A stretch of DNA of 64,000 nt from a bacterium (GCA_028824015.1 JAPPFC010000017.1:141945-205944); one strand, 5' to 3'. Counted from the first letter of the stretch, positions 27,786 to 37,903 are shown. Numbers and translations are program-made. The notes: generated by a model not told the origin, from the sequence alone.

Positions 27786-28685
27786 GTGGGAATGACCTCG
27801 TCACCGAATCCCACCTCCCTGTCCCGGCGCCCCGGCTTGGGTTTCGCCATGGCGTTGACGGGCGGAGTCCTGTTCGGTATCGCCGACACCGTGGCGGCCA
27901 GCCTCTTCTCAAAGATCAGTCCGGCCGAACTGAACCAGTACCGGCTGGTGCTGGCGGCGGTCTTCATCTCCGCCATCGCGGCTCGAAGGGGCCTGACGCA
28001 TCACGGGGGGATGCTCGGGTGGCTGGTGCTTCAAGGGATCATCACCGCGGTGATCACCTTTGTCTTCTTCGTGGCGGTCGAACGCCTGGGAGTGGGACCG
28101 GGGATCACCATCCAGTATCTGGGACCGATCCTGATGCTGATGTGGCGGCGTTTCGTGCAGGATCTGGCGGTGCCGATCACCGGCTGGATGGGAGCGGCGG
28201 CGGCCGTGGTGGGAATCGGGCTGATAACCGGCGCCTTCACCGCCGACTACGCCGATGCGATAGGGGTGGCGGCCGGTTTGGCGGCTGCAGTGTCCTACGC
28301 CGCGCTCACCATCGTGGGCGAGAAGCTGGGGAAGACCCTCCATCCGCTCACGTACAGTTCCTACAGCCTGACCGTTGCGGCGGTGATCTGGCTGGCGATT
28401 CTGCCGGTGAGAGTCCCCCAACTCTCGATCGCCGGCTGGCTGGGAGTCGGTTGGGTGTCGATCATCGCCATGGGGATCGGGTACCTGCTCCTGATGAGTT
28501 CCCTACGCCACATCAGTCCCGGCCCGATGGGAGTGGCCGCCACCTCCGAGCCGATAGTGGGCACACTGACCGCCTGGGTGGCATTGAGCCAAGCGCTGTC
28601 CCTGGTGGAGACGGCCGGCGTGACGCTGACTGCCTTGGGGATTGCTGTAGTGCATTGGAGCATCCGCAGGACCCCCGGTTTCTAA
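27786..28685 (+). CDS. DMT-superfamily (EamA-like) transporter
   Basis: 299 aa, ~10 predicted TM helices in two EamA-like halves. Confidence 0.75.
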   Translation: MGMTSSPNPTSLSRRPGLGFAMALTGGVLFGIADTVAASLFSKISPAELNQYRLVLAAVFISAIAARRGLTHHGGMLGWLVLQGIITAVITFVFFVAVERLGVGPGITIQYLGPILMLMWRRFVQDLAVPITGWMGAAAAVVGIGLITGAFTADYADAIGVAAGLAAAVSYAALTIVGEKLGKTLHPLTYSSYSLTVAAVIWLAILPVRVPQLSIAGWLGVGWVSIIAMGIGYLLLMSSLRHISPGPMGVAATSEPIVGTLTAWVALSQALSLVETAGVTLTALGIAVVHWSIRRTPGF

Positions 28686-28742
28686 GCGAGAACCACCCGA
28701 TGCCTGATCGTGGCGGGACCCAACGGTTAGTTCCCTACCTGG

Positions 28743-29435
28743 TCACCTGCCCATTGTCGAGGGGAGGGCGCTCCCCTTTAGGAACTTCACGCCAAGCATG
28801 ACGAACCAGGCCACCCAGGGGAAGTAGCAGGCTCTGGCCACACTGATCATGGCAGGGCTCGCTCCGGTCTGGCCGATGATGAAGGCGACTAGGGCAAGGA
28901 GCGAGACCGCGGCGATCACCAGAGCTGCATTCCTACTGAAACCGGGAGGATGTATGCCCGACATCCCCAGGCTGAAGGCGAGGACCCCGGTTGAGACCAC
29001 GACGCCCGAGAGGAGCGTGATGGCCGAATCCACTCTGTAGATAGGGATCGCCTGCTGAATACTCTGTTCAATGTCGATTGAAGTCTGGGCGAGGACGTGA
29101 GTCAGCCCGGCCGTGAGAATCCAGCCGGTGGCGCCCATCACCACGCACAGAATGCTCAGGCGTGACAGGGCGGCTGCCATCGTCTCTCCCTGGATCACCC
29201 GATTGACTCCTGCCAACCCGAAAAGCATCATCACCAGGCCCGGCGGCACCAGGAGCGCGGAGATGTGAGCCAATTCGCGGTTCGACGCAAGAGCGGTGAT
29301 AGTCCCAACGGCGTCGCCTATCTCTACGGGATCGATGAGTATCCCTCCCGGCTCCAGCAGAAAGAACAGCAACGCCAGCACAGGCCCCACAATCAGTCCC
29401 AGAGCTTCCAGTTTGTTGATTGTCTTCGTTGCCAT
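28743..29435 (-). CDS. hypothetical integral membrane protein
   Basis: 230 aa, multiple hydrophobic helices, no recognisable motif. Confidence 0.5.
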   Translation of the reverse strand: MATKTINKLEALGLIVGPVLALLFFLLEPGGILIDPVEIGDAVGTITALASNRELAHISALLVPPGLVMMLFGLAGVNRVIQGETMAAALSRLSILCVVMGATGWILTAGLTHVLAQTSIDIEQSIQQAIPIYRVDSAITLLSGVVVSTGVLAFSLGMSGIHPPGFSRNAALVIAAVSLLALVAFIIGQTGASPAMISVARACYFPWVAWFVMLGVKFLKGSALPSTMGR

Positions 29436-29606
29436 GGCTCTACCTCCTCAGGAAGAGTGTCGCCTTCTCGTTTCCAGTTACCGTCTTGCCCTTCCATCAA
29501 ATATATCCGACCGTAGAGTCCCAGCCTGTCCTATGGTCGGTTTTGGCTACTTTGTCACATCGCCCTTATAGCCTGTGCAGCGGGGTTTGAAGGAGGTCCC
29601 CTTTAA

Positions 29607-29945
29607 ATGGAGCGCGTAGACATTACGGAGTTGATCGCCCGGGCTCCCTGGCGGGAAGCGGTGACATATCGGAAGACCTGGCCTCACGAGTACGTGGTGA
29701 TCAAGAAGGACGGACAGCAAGCGCTGCTGGATGCGTTCTGTGCCCGGATCACCGCCGGGGAGGGCGTGGAATGCTGGTTCTTCCACCAGAAGCGCAAGTA
29801 CCTGTTCCTCGGGGGCTACAAGTATTGGACGATGACGGATTGCCCTGACATAGACCTCGAGAAAGACGACTACGTACTTAACCGGGCGCCCCTATACCGG
29901 GATCGCCGCGACTTCGTGATCCAACCCGGCGACAGGGGCATCTGA
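29607..29945 (+). CDS. hypothetical small protein upstream of fic (lower GC)
   Basis: 112 aa, good coding appearance, strong upstream GGAGG-like RBS (gaaggaggtcccc), no motif recognised. Confidence 0.45.
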   Translation: MERVDITELIARAPWREAVTYRKTWPHEYVVIKKDGQQALLDAFCARITAGEGVECWFFHQKRKYLFLGGYKYWTMTDCPDIDLEKDDYVLNRAPLYRDRRDFVIQPGDRGI

Positions 29946-30036
29946 AGGGAGCCAAACCCCGTGAGGTTCCACTTGCCTCATCCTTGACATCAATGCGGAC
30001 ACTAGAGTGGTCAAAACAACATGCTGTTAAGAAAAG

Positions 30037-31242
30037 GTGCTTATGCGCTCCTATTTGAATTCACATCCATGGATCACCTTCGAAGCCACAGACATCAACT
30101 CCCTCCATCCCAGGATCTGGATGCTCTTGGGCGAGGCGCGGTCCAAGTGCGAGCATCTTGCGGGAACTCCGCTCCAACCTGAGGTAGCAAAACACTTCTA
30201 CGAGGTAGCGCTGATCAAGGGGGCACAGGCGACCACGGCGATCGAGGGGAACACCCTCACCGAGGACCAGGTAGCCGGAATCCTGCGGGGGACCTTCCGC
30301 GCTCCCCCGTCTCGTGCATATCAGGAGCGGGAAGTCAAGAATGTGCTTGAGGCTCTGACCACTATCGCCCAACAGGTCGTGGACGGTGGTCTTCCCACCA
30401 TCACCAGCGAGTTGATCTGTGACTTCAACCGTCGGGTGTTGGAAGGCACTCAATACGAACCAGACGTTGTGCCCGGACGGATACGTGACTACCCGGTCGG
30501 CGTGCTGGATTACCGGGGCGCGCCGCCGGAGGACTGCCAGTACCTGGTCGACCGTCTGGCTGAATGGCTGGAGAGCGCCACATTCCGCTCAGAGGATGCT
30601 GAGATCCGATTTGCCCTGGCTGTTGCCTGCGCGGTCTACGCTCATCTTTACCTAGCGTGGCTGCACCCCTTTGGAGACGGAAACGGACGGACAGCCAGAC
30701 TTCTCGAGTTCTTGATCCTGGCAAGGTGCGGAATGCCGCTTCCGGTGGCTCATCTTCTATCGAACCACTACAACCTGACCCGAGACGAGTATTACCGTCA
30801 ACTGGCCGCAGCCAGCAGGACCCAGAAGACCCACGAATTCCTGGGCTATGCGATACAAGGACTGGTCGACGGCATTCGAGAACAAATCGAACAAGTGCTA
30901 CAGCAGCACTTCCGCGTGACCTGGCTCAACTTCGTGCATGAGACCATGAGGCAGTTCCCGTCGAGTCCGGCGCGAGACCGCCAAAGATCCCTGGTGCTCG
31001 CCATGCCTTCTGATGAGGAGATCCCCAAGAGGAACCTTCCCGAACTCACCCCGAAGCTTGCGCGTCTCTACGCCACGAAGGGACCCCGCACCTTGAGCCG
31101 CGACCTGAACAGGCTTCTGAGCGTCCAGTTGGTCGCCAAAGGACCCAAGGGATGGAGATCAAACGACAGAATTATCAGGGCCTTCCTGCCTCCGACGGCA
31201 GAATCCGTGACGGGGCTGGCGTTACCCGCTCCCATCTCCTGA
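30037..31242 (+). CDS. fic: Fic/Doc-family protein (class II, self-inhibited AMPylator-type)
   Basis: 401 aa; canonical FIC motif HPFGDGNGRTARL; an N-terminal inhibitory-helix-like TTAIEGN fits (S/T)xxxE(G/N). Confidence 0.8.
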   Translation: MLMRSYLNSHPWITFEATDINSLHPRIWMLLGEARSKCEHLAGTPLQPEVAKHFYEVALIKGAQATTAIEGNTLTEDQVAGILRGTFRAPPSRAYQEREVKNVLEALTTIAQQVVDGGLPTITSELICDFNRRVLEGTQYEPDVVPGRIRDYPVGVLDYRGAPPEDCQYLVDRLAEWLESATFRSEDAEIRFALAVACAVYAHLYLAWLHPFGDGNGRTARLLEFLILARCGMPLPVAHLLSNHYNLTRDEYYRQLAAASRTQKTHEFLGYAIQGLVDGIREQIEQVLQQHFRVTWLNFVHETMRQFPSSPARDRQRSLVLAMPSDEEIPKRNLPELTPKLARLYATKGPRTLSRDLNRLLSVQLVAKGPKGWRSNDRIIRAFLPPTAESVTGLALPAPIS

Positions 31243-31298
31243 CTCTGAGGAGAGTTCTGGCCCAGCTTTGTCCGGTGACTGTGCTCTTCTGCGTAGAG

Positions 31299-32195
31299 TC
31301 AGCCGACCATGTACCGGTGCGCTAACGAGTCGGCTATGGCGACACCGAACAGGAGCGCCAGATAGGCGATCGAGAACACATATAGAGCCTTGGCTCCCTC
31401 GATGCCATCCTCTCTCGCCAGTCGTACTGCCCGGACGATAAACCCCCCACCCAGGGCCAGAGCGCCGCTCAGGTAAATCCATCCGACCGCACCGGTTGCG
31501 GCGAAGGATGCAGAGAATGCGACCAGCACCACGGTGTAGAGCAGGATCTGGCGCTTGGTTTCCGCCAGGGTGGAGACGACGGGCAGCATCGGGATCCCGG
31601 CGCGGGCGTAATCGTCCTTGATCAACAGGGCGAGAGCCCAGAAGTGGGGTGGCGTCCACAAGAAGATGATCGCGAAAAGGTAATAGGCGGGAAGTTCAAG
31701 TGTTCCCGTCACCGCCGCCCATCCCACCAGAGGCGGAACGGCGCCCGCTGCACCTCCGATCACGATGTTCTGGGGTGTGGTCCGCTTGAGGCCCTTGGTA
31801 TAAACGAATATGTAGATGAGGGTGCCGCTGATGGCGAGAACGGCGCTGAGGACGTTGACGAAGAGAGCCAGGATCGCGAAAGCAGCCAGGTTGAGAGCAA
31901 TTCCAAAGACGAAAGCCTGCCGTTGCGAAACCCTGCCGCTGGCTACCGGGCGACGGTGGGTCCGTTGCATTCTCTGGTCTATGTCCCCTTCCAGACTGTG
32001 ATTGAGGGCATTCGCCCCACCCGCCGCCAGATAACCGCCCACCACAACCAGGGCGGCCAGGAGGGGATCGGGCCAGCCCTCCGATGCCAGGAACATGCTG
32101 CCCACCGCAGTAATCAGTAACAAGAAAATGATTCGGGGTTTGGTCAGGGCGACATAGTCCCGCAGTACGCGGGATACGGGACTCCCAGAGTCCAT
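31299..32195 (-). CDS. ctaB: protoheme IX farnesyltransferase (heme O synthase)
   Basis: UbiA-family TM protein; internal ATG at 32195 (MDSGSPV...LTKPRII) overlaps the ctaA stop (ATGA); the ORF-track start at 32636 is over-extended. Confidence 0.85.
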   Translation of the reverse strand: MDSGSPVSRVLRDYVALTKPRIIFLLLITAVGSMFLASEGWPDPLLAALVVVGGYLAAGGANALNHSLEGDIDQRMQRTHRRPVASGRVSQRQAFVFGIALNLAAFAILALFVNVLSAVLAISGTLIYIFVYTKGLKRTTPQNIVIGGAAGAVPPLVGWAAVTGTLELPAYYLFAIIFLWTPPHFWALALLIKDDYARAGIPMLPVVSTLAETKRQILLYTVVLVAFSASFAATGAVGWIYLSGALALGGGFIVRAVRLAREDGIEGAKALYVFSIAYLALLFGVAIADSLAHRYMVG

Positions 32196-33250
32196 CAGGC
32201 TGCGGTCCTCCCTCGTTTGGTCCTCACCCGGAAGGTTCCGGGATCGAAGTGGACCGCCATCATCAACACCATTGACACCCACGACAAAGTGGCGAACGTC
32301 AGATGCAGAGCCGCTATGAAAGGGGATGAACCCAACCACGCCGTAAACGCCCCTACTCCTATCTCGATCATCAGGAAACCGGCGGTGAGCACCGCCATCC
32401 AGCGCAGTTGCGCCAACGCCACTCCCCGTTTCCATGCCGCGATGCAGGCGCGAAAGACGAACACAGCCACGATCGCCACCATGTAGCGGTGGATCATGTG
32501 GATCAGGAAAGGAGTACCGGCAGGGTTGCGCTCGCCCAGGCAAAGCGGCCATCCGGAGCATATGGCTCCATACCCGACCCCCACCATGTAGGAACCGTAG
32601 AGGATGACCACCAGCAAACCGGCCAAGCCGGCCCATGCCATGGTCCGATCCCGTCTGGAAGCCTTGCTCTCAAGACTCTGTGAACGTCCGGGTTGGTCAC
32701 CCGGAGGACCGGCCAACCAGGCAATGGCGAGCGCGGCCACGGTCAGTTCGGCCAACCCAAGGTGGATCAGACGTGTCCACCAGGAGAGTTCGCTAAGGAC
32801 AGTGAGGCCACCCAGGATCGCCGCGGCGACCACCAGCACCATGCTCGCGCTCATGGCAAGCATCACCGGTTTCGATGTCCGGTAGTGCCGCCACGCCAGC
32901 ACCAGTGAAGCCAACACCAGGAGTCCCACCGCAGTCGCCACCAATCGGTGCGTGAACTCGAGCCAGATGTGGTAGTCGAACGGCGGGATGATCTGTCCGT
33001 GACAGAGCGGCCAATCAGGACACGCATCCCCCGAACCGGTAACCCGGACCACCCCACCCAGAACGATCTGTGCTATAGCCGCGATCAGGCTGAGCAGCGT
33101 GACTATCCGGTATCTTGCCTGACCGGCATGGGTACCGACTGCAACCTGCGGCATGACTGACTCGCTCCGGAATTCAAAAGGGGATTCTCTCGGAACGATC
33201 CCGAGCTTCCAGGACAGCCCTCCAGTAGCCACCGGATCGAATCCCTGCAC
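32195..33250 (-). CDS. ctaA: heme A synthase (COX15/CtaA)
   Basis: GGVVRVTGSGDACPDWPLCHG motif and multi-TM pattern; true start may be the internal Met at about 33154. Confidence 0.8.
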   Translation of the reverse strand: MQGFDPVATGGLSWKLGIVPRESPFEFRSESVMPQVAVGTHAGQARYRIVTLLSLIAAIAQIVLGGVVRVTGSGDACPDWPLCHGQIIPPFDYHIWLEFTHRLVATAVGLLVLASLVLAWRHYRTSKPVMLAMSASMVLVVAAAILGGLTVLSELSWWTRLIHLGLAELTVAALAIAWLAGPPGDQPGRSQSLESKASRRDRTMAWAGLAGLLVVILYGSYMVGVGYGAICSGWPLCLGERNPAGTPFLIHMIHRYMVAIVAVFVFRACIAAWKRGVALAQLRWMAVLTAGFLMIEIGVGAFTAWLGSSPFIAALHLTFATLSWVSMVLMMAVHFDPGTFRVRTKRGRTAA

Positions 33251-33321
33251 ATTTTAGTCTGTTTGCTAAAGCGGCCTCCTCAATGTCGGGCGAGGGCCAA
33301 TACAGGTACCGGGGTATGGAC

Positions 33322-33603
33322 CTACTCACCCAAAAGAGGAACGGGACCGTTCAGTGATCCCCGGTAGAACTCCTTGAAACGTTGGGCAGAGAATTGGTGA
33401 AGTGCCTTGACGCGCTCCCGTTCTTCGGCAGGAAAAGCGCACTCTTTCATGATGTCATCTACGGTGCTGGTCAGAAAGTCGAACCAGACCAGTCGGTCCT
33501 CGACGTAGTGCCCGACCGCGAAGGTGGTGTCGTGAGGATCGTAGGGGCCATGTCTGTCGATGAGGTCGCTCATCTCCCACCCCATCTCCTCGTCCTTATC
33601 CAA
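33322..33603 (-). CDS. hypothetical small protein
   Basis: 93-aa ORF, acidic, no motif recognised. Confidence 0.3.
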   Translation of the reverse strand: MDKDEEMGWEMSDLIDRHGPYDPHDTTFAVGHYVEDRLVWFDFLTSTVDDIMKECAFPAEERERVKALHQFSAQRFKEFYRGSLNGPVPLLGE

Positions 33604-33729
33604 CCTTGTGTTCCTTCCGGTCGGCGGTCGGTCTATCTAGGCGCGCCTTCTTCACATCCCCGATCCTAAGGCGATTGGCAATGCCTGTGGCGGAGAGTGT
33701 GACGGGAAAGCTAGCCAGCTTGCATCGCT

Positions 33730-34797
33730 CTATTCGTCTTGGCCCAACGCGGACTGGAACGCCCGCAGTGTTCGGTTATCGAAGCAGACGAAGCGGATTG
33801 ACTGCACATCGGTTGGGGTCCAGCGGACCATGTTCACGGCGATTCTTGCCGCCTCCTTGAGCGGGTAGCCGTGGGCGCCGGTGGCGAGGGCCGGGAAGGC
33901 CACGCTCTGGGCGCCTACCTCGTCGGCGCGGGCTAGGGCCTCGCGGTAGCACGACTCCAGGAGCACGGGCTCGCCTCGGTTTCCGCCCCTCCATTGCGGC
34001 GTGACGGTGTGGATCACCCAGCGGGCGTCCAGCCAGTAGCCGGGGGTGACCTTGGCGCGGCCGACGGGGCAACCACCGAGCGTCTTGCAGTGGGCGAGGA
34101 GTTCCGGGCCCGCTGCTTTGTGGATAGCCCCGTTGACTCCGCCTCCATAGGACAGCCTTGTATTGGCGGGGTTGACGATGGCGTCCACATCTTCGGCTGT
34201 GATGTCGCCGAGTACGGCTTCGATGGTGGGTCCGCTATACCCGACTATCGGGAGCGAGATGGGTATTGGTTCCCCGGATACGTGGACTATCAGGTCCCTG
34301 AGAAAGTCGCGCTCTCCGATCGGGTCAAACTCCTCCGGGCTGTAGCGGCGGGGATCGCTTTCGACCCTCGCCGAGGTGGGCATGAAGCCGGTCTCGTCGG
34401 TCCAGCTGAACCCTTTGGCTGCGAAGGTCACCTCATAGATGCCATAACCGGTCCAACTCCGGTGAAGGAACAAACGGTTGTCCTCCATGAAAGCCAGCCA
34501 CTTGTCGTTCATGTCGATGGGCCTGTATCCCTTGGCGATCTCCTGCATCTCCTCTCGGGAGAGGATCATCTCCGGTGGCGGGATTGTGACCGGCGCTCTG
34601 ATAGGGGAGACACACAAGCAATGGTCATCGTGTGTGTCACCCTCCGAGCAGGATCCCCAATCGTTCCTGCCGAAGACCCGCTCGGGTGGTCCCTCCGGTC
34701 CCCACAGCGCCATGCTGAACAGGCTCGGCGGTGGTCTCTCCGGACCGTCGGAGCCGCCGTTGGCCTCTCCTCCTTCGTCCGATGGTTCCTCTGCCAT
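33730..34797 (-). CDS. two-domain protein: uncharacterised N-terminal domain fused to C-terminal MacroD-type macro domain (ADP-ribose binding/hydrolase)
   Basis: Start taken at internal ATG 34797 (MAEEPSDEGG). The C-terminal ~170 aa (LGDITAEDVDAIVNPANTRLSYGGGVNGAIHKAAG...) is a typical macro domain. The N-terminal ~180 aa is unassigned. Confidence 0.65.
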   Translation of the reverse strand: MAEEPSDEGGEANGGSDGPERPPPSLFSMALWGPEGPPERVFGRNDWGSCSEGDTHDDHCLCVSPIRAPVTIPPPEMILSREEMQEIAKGYRPIDMNDKWLAFMEDNRLFLHRSWTGYGIYEVTFAAKGFSWTDETGFMPTSARVESDPRRYSPEEFDPIGERDFLRDLIVHVSGEPIPISLPIVGYSGPTIEAVLGDITAEDVDAIVNPANTRLSYGGGVNGAIHKAAGPELLAHCKTLGGCPVGRAKVTPGYWLDARWVIHTVTPQWRGGNRGEPVLLESCYREALARADEVGAQSVAFPALATGAHGYPLKEAARIAVNMVRWTPTDVQSIRFVCFDNRTLRAFQSALGQDE

Positions 34798-34912
34798 GCT
34801 CTCACTCCGTTTTCCTGCTTCTGCTCTGTTCTCTACTCTCGATTCAAGCACCCCCCTGTGACACTTTCCACACGGAACCGGTCGCAACGTGATAGGGGGT
34901 AGGGTGTAGACG

Positions 34913-35764
34913 GTGACGACATCGGTGACGATCACGGGCACGGGGATGCCGGTCCCGTCGCCGGAAAGGGCGGGGCCGGGGGTCTTGGTGCGGTCACGGG
35001 GAGCCGCACTGCAGTTCGATGCGGGTCGGGCCACCACTATGCGCTTGGCTGCTGTAGGTGTGTCGCCGGTCGATCTCGACGCAGTTTTCGTCACCCATCA
35101 CCACAGTGATCATGTCAGCGGCCTGGATGACCTGGTGATGTCTCGCTGGATAATGGACCGGCTGGATCAGGTGCCGGCCCTTCCGATTCTGGCCCCGGAG
35201 GGACCTGCCACCGACTTCTTGGAACGGATACTCGACCCCTGGGAGCACGATTTGGCCGTCCGGAGTGCACACACCGAGCGGGGCACCTATCCCGGTTACG
35301 AGGTCAGGCCCTTCGAGGCTGAGGACTCGCTGGTAGAGGTCTGGTCCCAAGGGGACGTTCGGGTGACAGCCGGACCGGTCCGTCATGAGCCGGTGACGCC
35401 GGCCGTGGGTTACCGGGTCGAGACGCCGGACGGGGTGGTGGCCGTCAGTGGAGACACCCTGGTGTGTCCGGAGGTGGCGGTACTGGCCGAGGGCGCCGAC
35501 GTGCTGGTCTACGAGGCGATGCGATTCGACCTGATCCGGGCCCTGCCGGACCACCTGCACTTCGTGCTTGACTATCACGCCGACACGATGCTGATCGGCG
35601 CCCAGGCGCAAGAACTTGAGATACCGACGCTGGTCCTGACGCACCTCATTCCAGAACCTATCACCGATGAGGATCGGCAGGGCTTCGTGGATGATGTCCG
35701 CCGAGGAGGCTTTGCAGGGCAGGTGATCGTCGCCGATGACCTCACCTCAGTCAATTTGGGATAG
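34913..35764 (+). CDS. MBL-fold metallo-hydrolase
   Basis: 283 aa; THHHSDH metal-binding motif. Confidence 0.8.
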   Translation: MTTSVTITGTGMPVPSPERAGPGVLVRSRGAALQFDAGRATTMRLAAVGVSPVDLDAVFVTHHHSDHVSGLDDLVMSRWIMDRLDQVPALPILAPEGPATDFLERILDPWEHDLAVRSAHTERGTYPGYEVRPFEAEDSLVEVWSQGDVRVTAGPVRHEPVTPAVGYRVETPDGVVAVSGDTLVCPEVAVLAEGADVLVYEAMRFDLIRALPDHLHFVLDYHADTMLIGAQAQELEIPTLVLTHLIPEPITDEDRQGFVDDVRRGGFAGQVIVADDLTSVNLG

Positions 35765-35861
35765 CTCTCCATGGGTCCCGCGGGTTGTCACTGGACCCTC
35801 CCCATATGAGGGCTTCTGGCAGTCGACTGGGACTTGTCTGCTGTTACTCTGAAAAGAGCAA

Positions 35862-36611
35862 ATGAGCAGCGCCATGGAATCGAACAAGGACTCTCCGTCT
35901 TCGCCGCGCCAGGGTCGGGGTTTGGTCCGAAGGATTGGCGACGGCATCGGGGTGGAAGAGAGGGTCCTGGTCCCGGCTCGTAGGGTCGGGCGTTTGGTTC
36001 GTTCGTTTGGCAGCAGTGTGGAAGGGGATGAGCGGCTTCCATTCCCGGCTCGTAGGGTCGGGAGCCTGATCCGCTGGTTGGGCGACAGCGTCGAGTGGGA
36101 TGACCCGGTATCGGACCGAGAGGTAATCGACGCCAGGGAGTTCCGCAATGCCTGCGGGCAGTTCATGACCGGGGTGAATGCGGTAACGGCCATCGATCAG
36201 GAGTCTGTCCTGGCCGCACTGGTGGTCAATTCCTTCACATCGGTCTCTCTCGATCCTCCCCTGGTGCTGGTATGCATCGACAGGGACACCAACAGCTACA
36301 ACGTCATGTCCACCGCCACCCGGTATGCCGTGCACGTCCTCTCGGCCGACCAGGAGTCGGTGTCGAGACGATTCACCCGCAGCGACCTCTCCGGCGAAGA
36401 GAAGCTCGACGGGGTTTCCTGGTCGCCGGGCCTGGGAGGGGTACCTCTCCTCTCCGACTACATAGCGCGGTTCGAATGCCGGATAATCGCAGGCTATGAC
36501 GGCGGCGACCACGTGATTTACCTGGGGGAGGTGGAGAGGATGGAGACGGCTGACACCGACCAGCGCGCCCTGGGGTATTTTCGAGGGAGCTATTACCACT
36601 ACCCGGAGTGA
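35862..36611 (+). CDS. flavin reductase-like (NAD(P)H:flavin oxidoreductase) domain protein with repeat-bearing N-terminal extension
   Basis: C-terminal ~160 aa match the flavin reductase domain (GVNAVTAIDQ...; SFTSVSLDPPLVLVCI). The N-terminal ~85 aa carries three degenerate ARRVGxLxR repeats mirrored by a 19-nt DNA direct repeat. Confidence 0.65.
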   Translation: MSSAMESNKDSPSSPRQGRGLVRRIGDGIGVEERVLVPARRVGRLVRSFGSSVEGDERLPFPARRVGSLIRWLGDSVEWDDPVSDREVIDAREFRNACGQFMTGVNAVTAIDQESVLAALVVNSFTSVSLDPPLVLVCIDRDTNSYNVMSTATRYAVHVLSADQESVSRRFTRSDLSGEEKLDGVSWSPGLGGVPLLSDYIARFECRIIAGYDGGDHVIYLGEVERMETADTDQRALGYFRGSYYHYPE

Positions 36612-36736
36612 GTTCAGCCTCAGCGCTCTATTGATTCAGCCGAAGACCATCCCTTCCCTCCCAAACGCGAAGCAAGGCCGGGCGTTGCGCCCGGCCTTGC
36701 TCAGTCGAGGGGTTCTTTAGTTACGAGAGCTGTAAC

Positions 36737-37903
36737 TCAGCAGTCGAGGACGATCCACTCGTCGACCTGATCCACCATCCGGACCGGTCCGTCGGCGGTG
36801 ACCAGGACGTTGTCGGCGATACTGATCCCGCCCAGCATGGCGCCCTTCTCGGGATCGGGGATCGAGACGGCCGGGTGGGTGTTGATGATCATGTTCTCCT
36901 GCATGATCCGCTCCTTACCCGGTATCCACGGGGGTTCCAGCGAGTCGACGCCGATCCCGTGGGCGGTGAAGGAGTTGATGCTCCTCGCCGGGGGATAACC
37001 CCAGGCTTCGTAGCACTTATCGCGTGCGGCGAGAACGGTGTCGGAAGACTCTCCGGCCTTCATTGCCTGCACCACGGCGTCGAAGCTCGCCACCCGCATC
37101 TCCCAGAACTTCTGTTGCTCTGCAGTCGGAGGCTTGAAGCTGTACACCCTACGGACCTCGACCCAGTATCCCGAGGGGCCTCCCCACTCCAGGTCGATCA
37201 CCATGATGTCATCCTTCTCGATCACTCCCCGGGTTCCCGGCCCGAAACACTCGAAGGGCGCGCGGCCCATGAGGGCGATCCCCTCCATGCAGCCCAGTTG
37301 ACGCGCCAGCCGGTGCGCCTCGGAGAGAACATCGAGTTCCTCGACTCCGGGGCGTATCTCCGCCTCGATTCCCCTGAATACCTGGCGGACCAGCTTGCCG
37401 GTCTCGTAGGTGGCGTCGATCTCCTCCTGGCTCTTTATCATCCGGACGTCGTCGAAAAGGTCGGTGGCGTCCTGCCAGGTGGCGTTGGGGAGGGCGTTGC
37501 GCATGTCGTTGTAGTCCCCAACGCAGGTGATGTCGACCAGTCCCACTACGCCAATGGTTCCCTTGGCCAGTCCAAGATCGGAAAGGACCTCTCCGATCCC
37601 CGCTCCCGCGTTGTCGGGTTGGCGGTAGTCGTTGAGCCATCTGCCCTGCATGGCGTAGCCGGTGCCCCAGAGCGGATCCACCACGAATGTGGCCTCGCCG
37701 GAGGAGGGGAAAACCACGAAGCCACGGCCTGCCCACTGGAAGATGTCGCTCACATACTGGACCCGTCCACGTACGAACTCGTCGCCGCGGCTGCAGATAA
37801 CCCAGGCATCATGGCCGGCGGCGGCCATGACTTCCCGGAGGGCGGCATAGCGTCGGGCGCGCTCGGCATCTGAGGTGATGTGGCTTACGGGGACTTGTGT
37901 CAT
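36737..37903 (-). CDS. M24-family creatinase/Xaa-Pro peptidase-like hydrolase (paralog 1)
   Basis: 388 aa; creatinase-N-like domain + pita-bread fold; paralogous to 53477..54640 and 56602..57768. Confidence 0.8.
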   Translation of the reverse strand: MTQVPVSHITSDAERARRYAALREVMAAAGHDAWVICSRGDEFVRGRVQYVSDIFQWAGRGFVVFPSSGEATFVVDPLWGTGYAMQGRWLNDYRQPDNAGAGIGEVLSDLGLAKGTIGVVGLVDITCVGDYNDMRNALPNATWQDATDLFDDVRMIKSQEEIDATYETGKLVRQVFRGIEAEIRPGVEELDVLSEAHRLARQLGCMEGIALMGRAPFECFGPGTRGVIEKDDIMVIDLEWGGPSGYWVEVRRVYSFKPPTAEQQKFWEMRVASFDAVVQAMKAGESSDTVLAARDKCYEAWGYPPARSINSFTAHGIGVDSLEPPWIPGKERIMQENMIINTHPAVSIPDPEKGAMLGGISIADNVLVTADGPVRMVDQVDEWIVLDC

